The position numbers and the translations under genes were made by a program. The notes under the pieces were generated by a model. That model was given only the letters and a program-made list of their open reading frames with translations, was not told the origin of the DNA and made no database searches. From positions 6,922,031-6,986,030 of the forward strand of contig NC_057720.1 in assembly GCF_004010195.1 (NCBI RefSeq): a stretch of DNA of 64,000 bases, given 5' to 3'. This DNA is from Chiloscyllium plagiosum. Its lineage: Eukaryota. Each line of letters starts with the position of its first letter. Position 1 is the first letter of the stretch. Shown in pieces: positions 37,381 through 49,644 of this stretch.

Positions 37381-39184
37381 GCCACATCAATCACAAGCGG
37401 ACAGTGCAAGCCATGATGCATGTGATGCCTTGATGCCTGGAGATGCTGCATCTGGAGTATGATTGACGTTATTAAGGCTGAGTGGAGAGGCAGCATGGAA
37501 GGGAAAAGCAGGAGAAGGATAGATCTATCCCCCTGGGCAGTGACTATGTGTTCACACACCCATTGAGGGAGAATGTGACTGTCATAAAATACGACTGACA
37601 AGCCAGCAGCGGGTCAGCAACCAATGAGCAAAACTCTCTCTAAAATCTTACCAACAAAGTGATTGCTGAGAGAGCAAGAGATGCTAATCCCATTATTCTC
37701 CATCTCTGAAAAAATCAGAGCAGTCATGTTGTCAGACCATCAACAGTTTGAGGCTCCCTCAAATTCACATTCCTCCTTGATGTGATCATATATTAGGATC
37801 ATTTATTGGCCAATATATTAGAATTCTCTTTCTAACAACAGGATTGGATCAGAATCATCAAAAAGATTGCAGCGGTTTAAAGAAAAGATCCCTTTCCCTG
37901 GGCATCAGAGGATGGACAATAAATACGGCTTTGCCAGAGCCCTCACACGTCCTGAGAACAAATAAAATAAAAGAGGGATCATCTTTCATTGCAACGTCTT
38001 TAATGAAAGAAGACCATTGTGAAAAGGCCTAAGTGCAACCAATCAGTCCAGACTTGGGGAACGGGATTGTGCAGTTAATCTCTGTTGAGACAGAGAGCGA
38101 TGGCACCATTTAAAAAAAAACGCAGCGTAAAGCTTCAAGAAATGAAGCTGTGGCGATCTCAATGGAAGGAGATAAAAGTGTAGAGAATAACTGACAGAAA
38201 CGACCTTTAGCTCCCCAGCTCCTTGAATTGACATGAGTGAATTCATGTGCAGGGAAATGGAGCTAATTGCCAAGAAATATCAGGACATGGAAAAAAAATT
38301 GCAGTGAATCCAAACAAATAAAATTGAGATTTGTTTGAAAGGCTCTTGCAACAGAAAGGGTACACCATTGTGCAGCTGCAAACATAAAGTGATACTTCCT
38401 GCCAATTTTAATAAGGTAGAACTACAAGTATCTCATGGTGAATGGTTCAGGACAGTGAGGCAGATGGTGAAGATCTCCAAAACCTGGCTTGATTAACCAT
38501 CACTTGGACCTGGGAAGTATTTGACGTTTTTGCGATAAGATTCCTAAAGAAGGATTTGAGTTGTACCTCCTACATTTTAGAGACAAAAATATTAAGGTGA
38601 TACTTAATATTACCTACTGGTGCTAAATCTACTCACTTTTAACATAATGGTTACAATAATCGTTTGGTATTATAGAGCTTGAGAATTGTTTAAAAAAATA
38701 TACATTTTTTTCAAATATTCTTGTCTTGCACTCATCAAGACAATTAGAAATGATTCTGTGTTTGGACTGCCTTTGTTAAATAGTCTGCTAAGAATGAACT
38801 CTGACAATTGATTTAAGTTTGCAATTCAGAATCGCAGTGTGGTGCACTTGTGAAACTGGAAGCGACATATATTCCCTGTCCTTTGCATGCAGAAAGAGTA
38901 TTGTGTCTGTTTCAACTCAACACAATGGGCAATAATCATTCCCCCTTTGTTCAGGCCTCAGGACAATACTTTGAACATTTAGAGTCAACTTGCCTGCTTT
39001 GAATTTAAACCAACCTTAGCAGTTACCTGTCAGTCATCATCTAATGCATTCATTTTCTATGGCGATGCCTCTACCAATCCGAGACCACTTGACAAACACT
39101 TTGCTTAAACTTCACAAAAAATGTTGTTCCCTTTACACTGGCACTTCTTGCAAATTGTCCTGATGATTGCAAGATGAAAAGGCA

Positions 39185-39900
39185 GTAAAGATGGCACACT
39201 GTATGTTGGCCTCCACAGTGAGAGGGTTCAAGTACAGGTACAAGGATAGATTGCTGCAATTATTCAAAGTATTGGTAAGGCCACACCTGGAATATTGTGT
39301 GCAGTTTTGGTGCCCTTATCTGAGGAAGGATATTCTTGTTAAAGAGGGAGATCAGTGAAGGTTTACCGGATATACTGTTCAGATTAAGGATCACGGGACA
39401 GCAAAGTTAACTCTGATTTCTTCCCACAGATGTCACCAGACCTGCTAAGTTTTTCCACCAACTTCTGTTCTTGTTTCAGATTTCCAGCATCCGCAGTTCT
39501 TTCAGTTTTTTACCAGAGTGATTCCTGGACGGACATATGAGGAGAGATTGAGCCAGTTAGGGTTGTACTCACCGAAGTATATGAGAAGTGAGGATTGGGA
39601 TTCCATAGAAATTCATAAACTACTAACAGGATCAAACAGGTTAGATTCAGGAAGGATGTTTCTAATAGAGGGGGGAGCCCAGAACCAAGGGTCATAGTTG
39701 AAGGGTGTAGGGTAAACTTTTTAGGGATAGGGCTATTTAGGACTGAGATGAGGAGAAATCTCTTCAGTCAGAAAGCTATGAGCCTGTGGATTTCACTATC
39801 ACAGAAGGTGGCAGATGGAATACAATGAATGATGGAGCAGGTTCAAGGGGCTGAGTGGTCAACTCCTGCTCTCATTTTCTACGTTACAATGTTTTTATGT
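39185..39900 (+). mobile_element. Old CR1 3' fragment with a family C insert (about 39400-39510)
   Basis: LLQLFKVLVRPHLEYCVQFWCPYLRKD motif. Confidence 0.85.
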
Positions 39901-40229
39901 TCTTTAAAAAGTTCAACAAAATATGTCCTTTCCGCAATACTCATGTTTACAAAAGCATAAATAATAAATGACACGAGAAGAAATAACATTGAAATTTCAT
40001 CATGATCTTGAAAAGTCAAGATTATTTAAATGTATGAACTGTATGACATTTTACAAAACTAACCCCTCTTGACTATGGCCATACTACAATCAAAATGTTC
40101 TACCTCACCCAAGTGAGAAGTGAAACAGTGTCAGAATTTACATTTGATGCAGTGTAGTTTGGCCTGAAGAGAAATAAAAGGTTAAATGGCATTCCATACC
40201 GTGCAGAGAATCAACCATAGGTGCTCAGG

Positions 40230-40978
40230 TTTGTGTAAAGTTTTGTAGCTTAGCTGCCTGTTGCAGTGGTTGTGAGTATGTTGGCCGAGCTGGGAAGTTA
40301 GTTTGCAGATGCTTTGTTCCATGGCTAGGTGACATCCTCAGTGCTGTGGAACCTCCTGGGAAGTGTGTACTGTGTCAGTTGGCATTTATTTGGTTTCGTT
40401 CCAACTGCTTCCAGTTGGCAGTTCCGGTTGTTCATTATCATGGCTGGTCTAGGTCAATGTGCTTGTGGATGGAGTTCGTGGCTGAGTGCCATGCTTCTAG
40501 ACATTCTCTGGCTGCCCTCTGTTTAGCTTGTCCTATTGTTGCTGTGTTACCGCAGTCAAATTTGTGGGCCTCGACATCTGTATGTATAACTACCAGGTAG
40601 AGTTGGTCGTGGTGTTTCATGGTTAGTTGATGTTCACACAGACGTATCTATACACACAGACAAGAACCACAACTTCAACTGGGCTCACACAACAATTATA
40701 GGTCAAGTTAAACAGAGGACAGCCAGAGTTTCTAGAAGCATGGCATTCAGCCACGGACTCCATCAATAAACACATAGACCTAGACCCAATATATCAACCT
40801 CTGAAACAGACAACTGAAACCAGCATCCAGAAGCAGTGGGAACGGAACCAAATAAATTCAAACCAACGAAGTACAGGAGTGGTTCACAGGAGGGTCCACA
40901 GCACTGAGGATGTCATCTCGACAGGGGACAAAACATCTGCAAACCAACTTCCCAGCCCAGCGAACATTCCCACAACAA
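40230..40978. mobile_element. Head-to-head inverted pair of family D Penelope-like 3' ends
   Basis: Minus arm (40230-40645) encodes HKFDCGNTATIGQAKQRAARECLEAWHS; plus arm (40650-40978) has the same motifs; both end in degenerate CACTGAGGATGTCA cores. Confidence 0.85.
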
Positions 40979-41139
40979 TGCAGCGTATCAATGTTTGGAA
41001 TGAACTGATGTTTGAAGGTAGGTGGAGAAATAGGTGGAAGTGACAAAATCAAGCATGTCGATTTCAGAGTCACATGGGTTAAGGAGAGAGAAAGAAGGAA
41101 AATGTTACAGAGGCACAAAGTAGGAATCCCATGAGAAAC

Positions 41140-42895
41140 AGAGTCGTAGAGTCATAGGGATGCACAGCATGGACCCTTCGGTCCAACTCATCCATGCCGA
41201 CCAGTTTTTCTAACCTAATCCCATTTAGAGTCATAGCGTCATAGAGATGTACAGCATGGAAACAGACCCTTTGGTCCAACCTGTCCACGCCGACCAGATA
41301 TCCCAACCCAATCTAGTCCCACCTGCCAGCACCTGGCCCATATCCCTCCAAACCCTTCCCATTCATATACCCATCCAAATGCCTCTTAAACCTCTATAAG
41401 GTCACCCCTCAGCCTCCGACACTCCAGGGAAAATAGCCCCAGCCTGTTCAGCCTCTCCCTATAGCTCAAATCCTCCAACCCTGGCAACATCCTTATAAAT
41501 CTTTTCTGAACCCTTTCAAATTTCACAACATCTTTCCGATAGGAAGGAGACCAAAATTGCACGCAATATTCCAACAGTGGCTTAACCAATGTCCTGTACA
41601 GCCGCAACATGACCTCCCAACTCGTGTACTCAATACTCTGACCAATAAAGGAAAGCATACCAAACGCCTTCTTCACTACCCTATCTACCTGTGACTCCAC
41701 TTTCAAGGAGCTGTGAACCTGCACTCAAAGGTCTCTTTGTTCAGCAACACTCCCTAGGACCTTACCATTAAGTGTAGATTTGCTTTTCCAAAGCAAAGAT
41801 TTGCTAAGATTTGCTAAGATTTGCTTTTCCAAAATGCAGCACCTTGCATTTATCTGAATTAAACTCCATCTGCCACTTCTCAGCCCATTGGCCCATCTGG
41901 TCCAGATCCTGCTGTAATCTGAGGTAGTCCTCCAATTTTGGTGTCATCAACAAACTCACTAACTGTACCTCTTATGCTCGCATCCAAATCATTTATATAA
42001 ATGACAAAAAGTAGAGGGCCCAGCACCGATCCTTGTGGCACTCACATGTATCCAAATGCTCTGTATTCCATGAGATCTAACCTTACTAATCAGTCTCCCA
42101 TGGGGAACCTTGTCGAACGCCTTACTGAAATCCATATAGATCACATCTACTGCTCTGCCCTCATCAATCCTCATTGATACTTATTCAAAAAACTCAATCA
42201 CATTTGTGAGACATGATTTCCCATGCACTCTAAACCCTTCTGATTATGTACCCATTCAGATGCCTTTTAAATGTTGTAATTGTACCAATCTCCATTTCCT
42301 TTGGTAGCTCATTCTATACACACACCACCTTCTGTGTGAAACATTTGCCCCTTTGGTCCCTTTTATGTCTTTCTGCTCTCACCCTCAACCTGTGCCCTCT
42401 AATTTTGGACATCCCTACCCTGGGAAATGCATCGTAGCTATTCACCCTATCCATGCCCCTCATGGAGTCGTAAAGTCATAGAGATGTACAGCATGGAAAC
42501 AGACCCTTCTGTCCAACTCGTCCATGCAGACTAGAAATCCTAAATTAATCTCGTCCCCTTCCTATTCATGCACCCATCCAGATGCCGTTTAAATGCTGTA
42601 ATTGTACCAGCCTCCACCACATCCTCTGGCAGCTCATTCCATACACGCATCATCCTCTGCGTGAAAAGGTTGTCCCTTCGGCCCCTTTTATATCTTTCCC
42701 CTCTCAACTTAAATATATGCTGCCTAGTTCTGGACTCCCCTACCCCAGGGAAAAGATTTTGTCTATTTATCCTATCCATGCCCCCCATGATTTTTAAACC
42801 TCTATAATGTCACCACTCAGCCTCCGACTCTCCAGGGAAAATAGCCCCAGCCTATTCAACCTCTCCCTGTATATCAAACCCTCCAATGCTGGTAA
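41140..42895 (-). mobile_element. Cluster of CR1 (HER1-like) fragments
   Basis: ORFs 41386-41724, 41989-42174 (YMDFSKAFDKVPH) and 42540-42788; several 3' tails. Confidence 0.9.
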
Positions 42896-42919
42896 TATGC
42901 TGAAGTTCAATTAGGTACA

Positions 42920-44228
42920 ATTTCTCATTCGTTTGGCCAAACTGGTCCTCACCCTTAACAATTTCTCCTTCGAATCCTCCCAATTCCTCCAGACCAAAGG
43001 GGTAGCCATGGGCACACGTATGGGCCCCAGCTATGCCTGTCTCTTTGTTGGCTACGTAGAACAGTCGATCTTCCGTAATTACACCGGCACCACTCCCCAN
43101 NNNNNNNNNNNNNNNNNNNNNNNNNNNNNNNNNNNNNNNNNNNNNNNNNNNNNNNNNNNNNNNNNNNNNNNNNNNNNNNNNNNNNNNNNNNNNNNNNNNN
43201 NNNNNNNNNNNNNNNNNNNNNNNNNNNNNNNNNNNNNNNNNNNNNNNNNNNNNNNNNNNNNNNNNNNNNNNNNNNNNNNNNNNNNNNNNNNNNNNNNNNN
43301 NNNNNNNNNNNNNNNNNNNNNNNNNNNNNNNNNNNNNNNNNNNNNNNNNNNNNNNNNNNNNNNNNNNNNNNNNNNNNNNNNNNNNNNNNNNNNNNNNNNN
43401 NNNNNNNNNNNNNNNNNNNNNNNNNNNNNNNNNNNNNNNNNNNNNNNNNNNNNNNNNNNNNNNNNNNNNNNNNNNNNNNNNNNNNNNNNNNNNNNNNNNN
43501 NNNNNNNNNNNNNNNNNNNNNNNNNNNNNNNNNNNNNNNNNNNNNNNNNNNNNNNNNNNNNNNNNNNNNNNNNNNNNNNNNNNNNNNNNNNNNNNNNNNN
43601 NNNNNNNNNNNNNNNNNNNNNNNNNNNNNNNNNNNNNNNNNNNNNNNNNNNNNNNNNNNNNNNNNNNNNNNNNNNNNNNNNNNNNNNNNNNNNNNNNNNN
43701 NNNNNNNNNNNNNNNNNNNNNNNNNNNNNNNNNNNNNNNNNNNNNNNNNNNNNNNNNNNNNNNNNNNNNNNNNNNNNNNNNNNNNNNNNNNNNNNNNNNN
43801 NNNNNNNNNNNNNNNNNNNNNNNNNNNNNNNNNNNNNNNNNNNNNNNNNNNNNNNNNNNNNNNNNNNNNNNNNNNNNNNNNNNNNNNNNNNNNNNNNNNN
43901 NNNNNNNNNNNNNNNNNNNNNNNNNNNNNNNNNNNNNNNNNNNNNNNNNNNNNNNNNNNNNNNNNNNNNNNNNNNNNNNNNNNNNNNNNNNNNNNNNNNN
44001 NNNNNNNNNNNNNNNNNNNNNNNNNNNNNNNNNNNNNNNNNNNNNNNNNNNNCCCTCCTCTAGCTTATCTATCCACACTTCAGGCTCTCTGCTTTTATTC
44101 CTGGTGAAGGGTTTTTGCCCGAAACGTCGATTTTCCTGCTCCTCGGATGCTGCCTGAACTGCTGTGCTTTTCCAGCACCACTCTAATCCAGAATCTGGTT
44201 TCCAGCATCTGCAGTCATTGTTTTTTCC
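42920..44228 (+). mobile_element. Penelope-like element: RT fragment, 953-N gap (43100-44052), then family A 3' end with hammerhead-like core
   Basis: LVLTLNNFSF...FLQTKGVAMGTRMGPSYACLFVGYVE is the PLE RT motif-B region; TTCCTGGTGAAGGGTTTTTGCCCGAAACGTCGA at about 44098-44130. Confidence 0.8.
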
Positions 44229-44614
44229 ACAATTGAGGTTGTGACAAATCTCATTTAACCCACTGCAGGGGCCCAGTAGGGATGAAGATTGATGGTTTTT
44301 TGATTTTCACCAGGTCTGACTGGAAGAAATCGCAGCTCCATCAGGACTTAACATTAATTTAGCGTTCTGAAAGCATTCGGAAGAGATCAAGCTGGGTGCC
44401 AGTGTGTACATGTGGAAGCTAATCTTATCAAAGATCGTGTTCTCGTGAGCTGGTAAAATGGAAGTTGGGAAGCTTGATGTAATGACGACCTTGAGGGAAG
44501 AGAACCCATGGCAGGAGATACTCTGATTATGTCATTAAAGATTCATTCTGTTACATCAAAAAATGGGTTGGGATGAGAAAGATCCTTTTGCATAATGGAT
44601 CCTTCGGGGTTTTC

Positions 44615-44930
44615 ACTGGGCGAATGTCAAAAGGATGTTTCCTCTTGTGGGAGAATCGAGAACTAGGGGTCATAGTTCAAAGATATGGGGTTACCCATTT
44701 AAAGCGAAGATGAGAAAATAATTTTATTCTCGATTCCTTTCTTCAAAAGGTAGCGGATGCAGAATCCTTAAACATTTTTAAGGTAGAGGGAGATAGCGTC
44801 TTAATGACCGAGGGGATGAAAGATTATCTGGAGATACGCAGGAATGCACAGCTGAAATCAGGTTAGTCCATGATCTTATTGAATGGGGGAGCAGGCTTGA
44901 AGGATCTAGTAGCCTACTCTTGATTATATG
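44615..44930 (+). mobile_element. Old CR1 3' fragment
   Basis: AGGATGTTTCCTCTTGTGGGAGAATCGAGAACTAGGGGTCATAG (RMFPLVGESRTRGHS). Confidence 0.7.
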
Positions 44931-47900
44931 TTGATATGGATCTCCTCTTTCTCAACCCACACCAATTCTCAATTTCCACCATAATATGCAGACTTCTCAA
45001 TAATGTATAATACTTTACCAAGCCAACCATTCGACCATGTCGAGTAAAGGCCAGATTAACTAGTTAATCTTCAATTAATCATCTACTAACTAACTAATCA
45101 ATCTTCAGCCAAGATTACTTTGATAGTGCCTTCCAAGTCCATGACCACTATCGCCCAAAGGGCATGGACAGCTGATATGTGGGAAATCCACTATCTACAA
45201 GTTCCTTTCCAATCACACACCGTCCTGACATGAAAATGTATCTCTGTTCCTTCACTGTTGCTGGATCAAAGTCCTGGAGCTAACTCAAGAACAGCACGGT
45301 ACTATTTACATCACATGGATTGCAGAAGTTCAAAAAAGGAACTCAATACCATCTTTCAAAGTCCAATCAGAGATGTGCATTAAATGCTGGACTCAGCAAG
45401 GGACACCCATATGGCTTTGTGTTTATAAAGACATTGAAGATGTTCTCACGCAGTTGAAATATGTTCTGACACGTTCCTCAGCAAATGTCAGAGCTCTCAC
45501 AGTCAGGCTCTCACTCAAGTTCACTTCTGAGATACAACATTCATCTTGATATTGATTTTTGCCTGTGGTCCTCACCTCCTGCCAGATCCCTTCATTGCAA
45601 ATGAATGACTGTTCACTTACCAACCTCGTTACTTCTCTTTTCTATAGACTTTGAGGTTGGCGAGATAGACAGTGGTCCAAACAATGCAGACAAACGCACC
45701 TTCCTAATACATCTCGATACCTGACTAACTGAGTACTTTATCTAAAATAAAATTGCGCCTTCCTGAAACTTGCAAAGAGGTTATTTTATGTAATGTTCTA
45801 CTGTTGACATTGAAACAAGATTAATTTACAGTCTCCCATTTTACGCCGTTTAAGTTGCTTAAACTAATTATTGGAAAATGCGTTCCCATTTTATAGCCCA
45901 ACTTATCAACTGTAAATGACCATGCTGAACTTAAAGCAAAAAGGAGCAGTGTTCTACCAGCTCCGTGGTTGCAATATATATATAATTATCAAGCAGTTAC
46001 CACAAAAATAGACTCAACAGCCACAAGTAGGAGGATTGCTGCCTCCACAATTAGTTTTGTTACTGCTGTTTGCTATTCCATCTGGTATTAATCAACATCA
46101 CTGCACTAGTCTCACTGCATTCAGAAAGCTCTGCATTAAATTAATGCAAAGTAAATTTAAAGCAGATATTACGAGAACTTCTTTACTTTAAATAGCAATA
46201 AATGTTTAGCATAGGCTGCAGGGCAGAAAAGATCAAAAATATCAAGACATTTAAATTGCAGCTTGATGCTGTAATTGGAGCATAATGTAATGACATCAAC
46301 AAGCAGCTGAAGGCATCGGGCCCCAGCAGTATTCCGGTTACAGATCTGAAGATTTGTGATTCAGAATTAGCCGCAACTTCAGCCAAGATGTTCCAGCAAA
46401 AACTCAGGTCTATCCTGGCCGCAAAAAGCAGGGTGAACCCAATGGACACTTACTACCCTTCCTGTTTTCTCTCAATCCTCAGCAAAGTTCTGATGGTGCT
46501 GCACAGCTGCAAATGCACAGCCACAACCTGCTCACTGTTTAAAGAAGGATCACTGGACTCGAAATGTTCAGCTCTGCTTGCTCTCCACAGATGCTGCCAG
46601 AGCTCTGGCAATTTCTGTTCTTATTTGTTTCAGATTGTCAACATCTGCAGCTCTCTGTTTTCGCTTCTTATACTTGCGCAGCTTGGGTTCCATACTTGTT
46701 CAGTGATGCCCAGCTTGGGTTCTGCCAGGGCCACTCAGCTCCTGACCTCATGACAGCCTTGATCTGAACATGGACAAGGGAGCGAAATTGCAGAGGAGAG
46801 GCGAGAGTGCCTGCCTTTATAGAAAGGCTGTACTTGACTGTGAATGTCATCAAGGAACTCCAGGAGATAGTGAAGACTGCAGATGCTGGAGGGCCAGGGT
46901 GGATAAAGTGTTGGGCTAGAAAAAGCATAGCTGCTCAAGCAACATCTGAGGAGCAGAGGAGTCGATATTTAAGGTTGGAACCTTTCATCAAGGAACTCTA
47001 GCAATCATGGAGTCATAAAATCCCTACAGTGTGGAAGCAGGCCATTCAGCCCATCAAGTCCACACAGACCCTCTGAAGAACATCCAGTTCCTGACATAAC
47101 CCCTACCCTACTCCCGTAACCCTGCATTTCTCATGGCTATCCACCCAGCCTACACATCCTTGGGCACTACAGGATAATTGATCATGGCCAATTCATCTAA
47201 TCTGCACATCTTTGGACTGTGGGAGGAAACACATGCGGACACAGGGAGAATGTGGAAACTTTACACAGACAGTTGCTGAATTGAAACTAGGTCTCTGGCA
47301 CTGTGAGGCAGCAGTACTAACCATTGGATCACTGTGCTGCCCTGTCAATGGGAACCAGGAAACACCTTTCAACTAGTTGCAGTCTTACATAAAATATAGA
47401 ACATAGAACAGTACAGAGCAGTACAGCACAGTACAGGCCCTTCGGCCCTTGATGTTGTGCCAACGTTTAATCCTACCTGACCATGTATATGATGGTTAGA
47501 AGTTCTGGACTTTGGTTGCAGGAGATCCTTGGTATAATGTCCAAGACCCAAAAACCTTCAGCTGCTTTATCAATGACCTTCCATCCATCATGAAGTCAAA
47601 ATTGGGATCTTTCCTGATGATTGCACAATATTTAACACCATTCACAGTTCCTCAGATAGTTAAGTAGTCTGTATTCAGATGCAGCAAGACCCGTACAATA
47701 TTCAGGTTGGGGCTGAAAAGTGGCAGGTAATATTCACAGCACACATGTGCCAAGCAACCACTATCTCCAGCAAAAGAGAATCTAACACCTTTAACATTCA
47801 ATAGGGTTACCATCACTGAATCCCTTCCCATCAATACCTTGGATTTTATTATTGACTAGATATTGAACTGGGTGGAGGTGGGTACTACAGATGCTGGAGA

Positions 47901-47971
47901 TTAGAGTCCAGATTAGAGTGGTGCTGGAAAAGCACAGCAGGTCAGGCAGCATCCTAGGAGCAGGAAAATTG

Positions 47972-49363
47972 GCCATTATTTAAGAAAGGTGGTAAGGACA
48001 AAGCAGAACGTTAGACTGGTGAGCCTGATGTTGGTGGTGGGCAAGTTGTTGGAGGGAATTCTGAGGGACAGGATGTACATGTATTTGGAAAGGCAAGGAC
48101 TGATTCGGGATAGTCAACATGGCTTTGTGCGTGGGAAATCATGTCTCACTAACTTAATTGAGATTTTTGAGGAAGTAACAAAGAGGATTGATGAGGGCAA
48201 CGCGGTAGATGTGATCTATATGGACTTCAGTAAGGCATTCGACAAGGTTCCCCATGGGAGACTGATTAGCAAGGTTAGATCTCATGGAATACAGGAAGAA
48301 CTAGCCATTTGGATACACAACTAACTTGAAAGAAGAAGATAGAGAGTGGTGGTGGAGGGATTTTTTCAGACTGGAGGCCTGTGACCAGTGGTGTACCATA
48401 AGGATTAGTGCTTTTTGTCATTTACATAAATGATTTGAACATAGGAGGTATAGTTAATAAATTTACAGATGACACCAAAATTGAAGGTTTGTGGAAAGCA
48501 AAAAAGGTTACCTCAGAGTACAACAGGATCTTGATCCAATGGCTGGTGGACCAGGGAGTGGCAGACGGAGTTTAATTTAGATAAACACAAGGTGCTGCAT
48601 TTTGGAAATTCGAATCAGAGCTGGACTTATACACTTAATGGTAAGTTCCTGGGGAGTGTGGCTGAACAAAGAGACCTTGGATTGCAGATTCATAGCTCCT
48701 TCAAAGTGGAGTCGCAGGTAGATAGGATAGTGAAGAAAACGTTTGATACTCTTGCCTTTATTGGTCAGTGCATTGAATATAGGAGCTGGAAGGTCATGGT
48801 GCAGTCTTACAGGACATTGGTTAGACCACTTTTGGAATACTGCATTCAATTCTGACAGGAAGGATGTTGTGAAATTTGAAAGGATTCAGACACGATTTAC
48901 AAAGATGTTACCAGGGTTGGAGGGTTTGAGCTGAATACACTGGGGGCTATTTTTCCTGGAGAGCTAGGGTTGAGGGTTGACCTTATAGAACATTGTAACA
49001 TCATAGGGGCATAGGTAGTGTGAATGGCTAAGGTCTTTCCCCCAGGGTGGAAGAGTCCAAAAATAGAGGGCATAGGTTTAAGGTAAAAGGGGTAAGATTT
49101 AAAAGGGACCTAAGAGGCAACTTTTTCACACAGAGGGTGGTACGTGTATGGAATGAGCTGCCAGAGGACTTGGTGGAGGCTGGTAAAATTACAGAATTTA
49201 AAAGGCATCTGCTTGGGTGTGTGAATAGGAAGGGTTTAAAGGGATATGGACCAAGTGCTGGTAAATGGGACTGGATTAATTTAGGATATCTGGTCAGCAT
49301 GGACGGGCCAGACTGAAGGGGCTGTTTCCATGATGTACAGCTGTATGACTTTTTCACTCTATA
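47972..49363 (+). mobile_element. CR1 (HER1-like) RT to 3' end, decayed
   Basis: QHGFVRGKSCLTNL and YMDFSKAFDKVPH; FFTQRVVRVWNELP. Confidence 0.95.
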
Positions 49364-49583
49364 GGAGAAAGTGAGGACTGCAGATGCTGGAGATCAGAGC
49401 TAAAAATGTGTTGCTGGTAAAGCGCAGCAAGTCAGGCAGCATCCAAGGAGCAGGAGAATCGACGTTTCGGGCATGAGCCCTTCTTCAGGATTCCTGAAGA
49501 AAGGCTCATGCCCGAAACATCGATTCTCCTGCTCCTTGGATGCTGCCTGACCTGCTGCACTTTTCCAGCAACACATTTTCAGC
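49364..49583. mobile_element. Fold-back family A PLE-derived element
   Basis: TSD CTTTTTCACTCTATA at 49349-49363 and 49583-49597; arms meet at CTTCAGG-AT-TCCTGAAG (about 49483-49499). Confidence 0.95.
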
Positions 49584-49644
49584 TTTTTCACTCTATAATC
49601 AATATTCCTTCAGTTCTGTTGGGTCAAAATCCTGGAAACTCCCA

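Noticed and set aside
36846..37601. His/Thr-rich ORFs
   Set aside because: Translation of a (CA)n-type satellite across a gap
42852..44078. 376-aa and 408-aa ORFs
   Set aside because: Length is an artefact of the 953-N gap; only the first 55 aa or so of the plus-strand ORF (PLE RT) are real sequence
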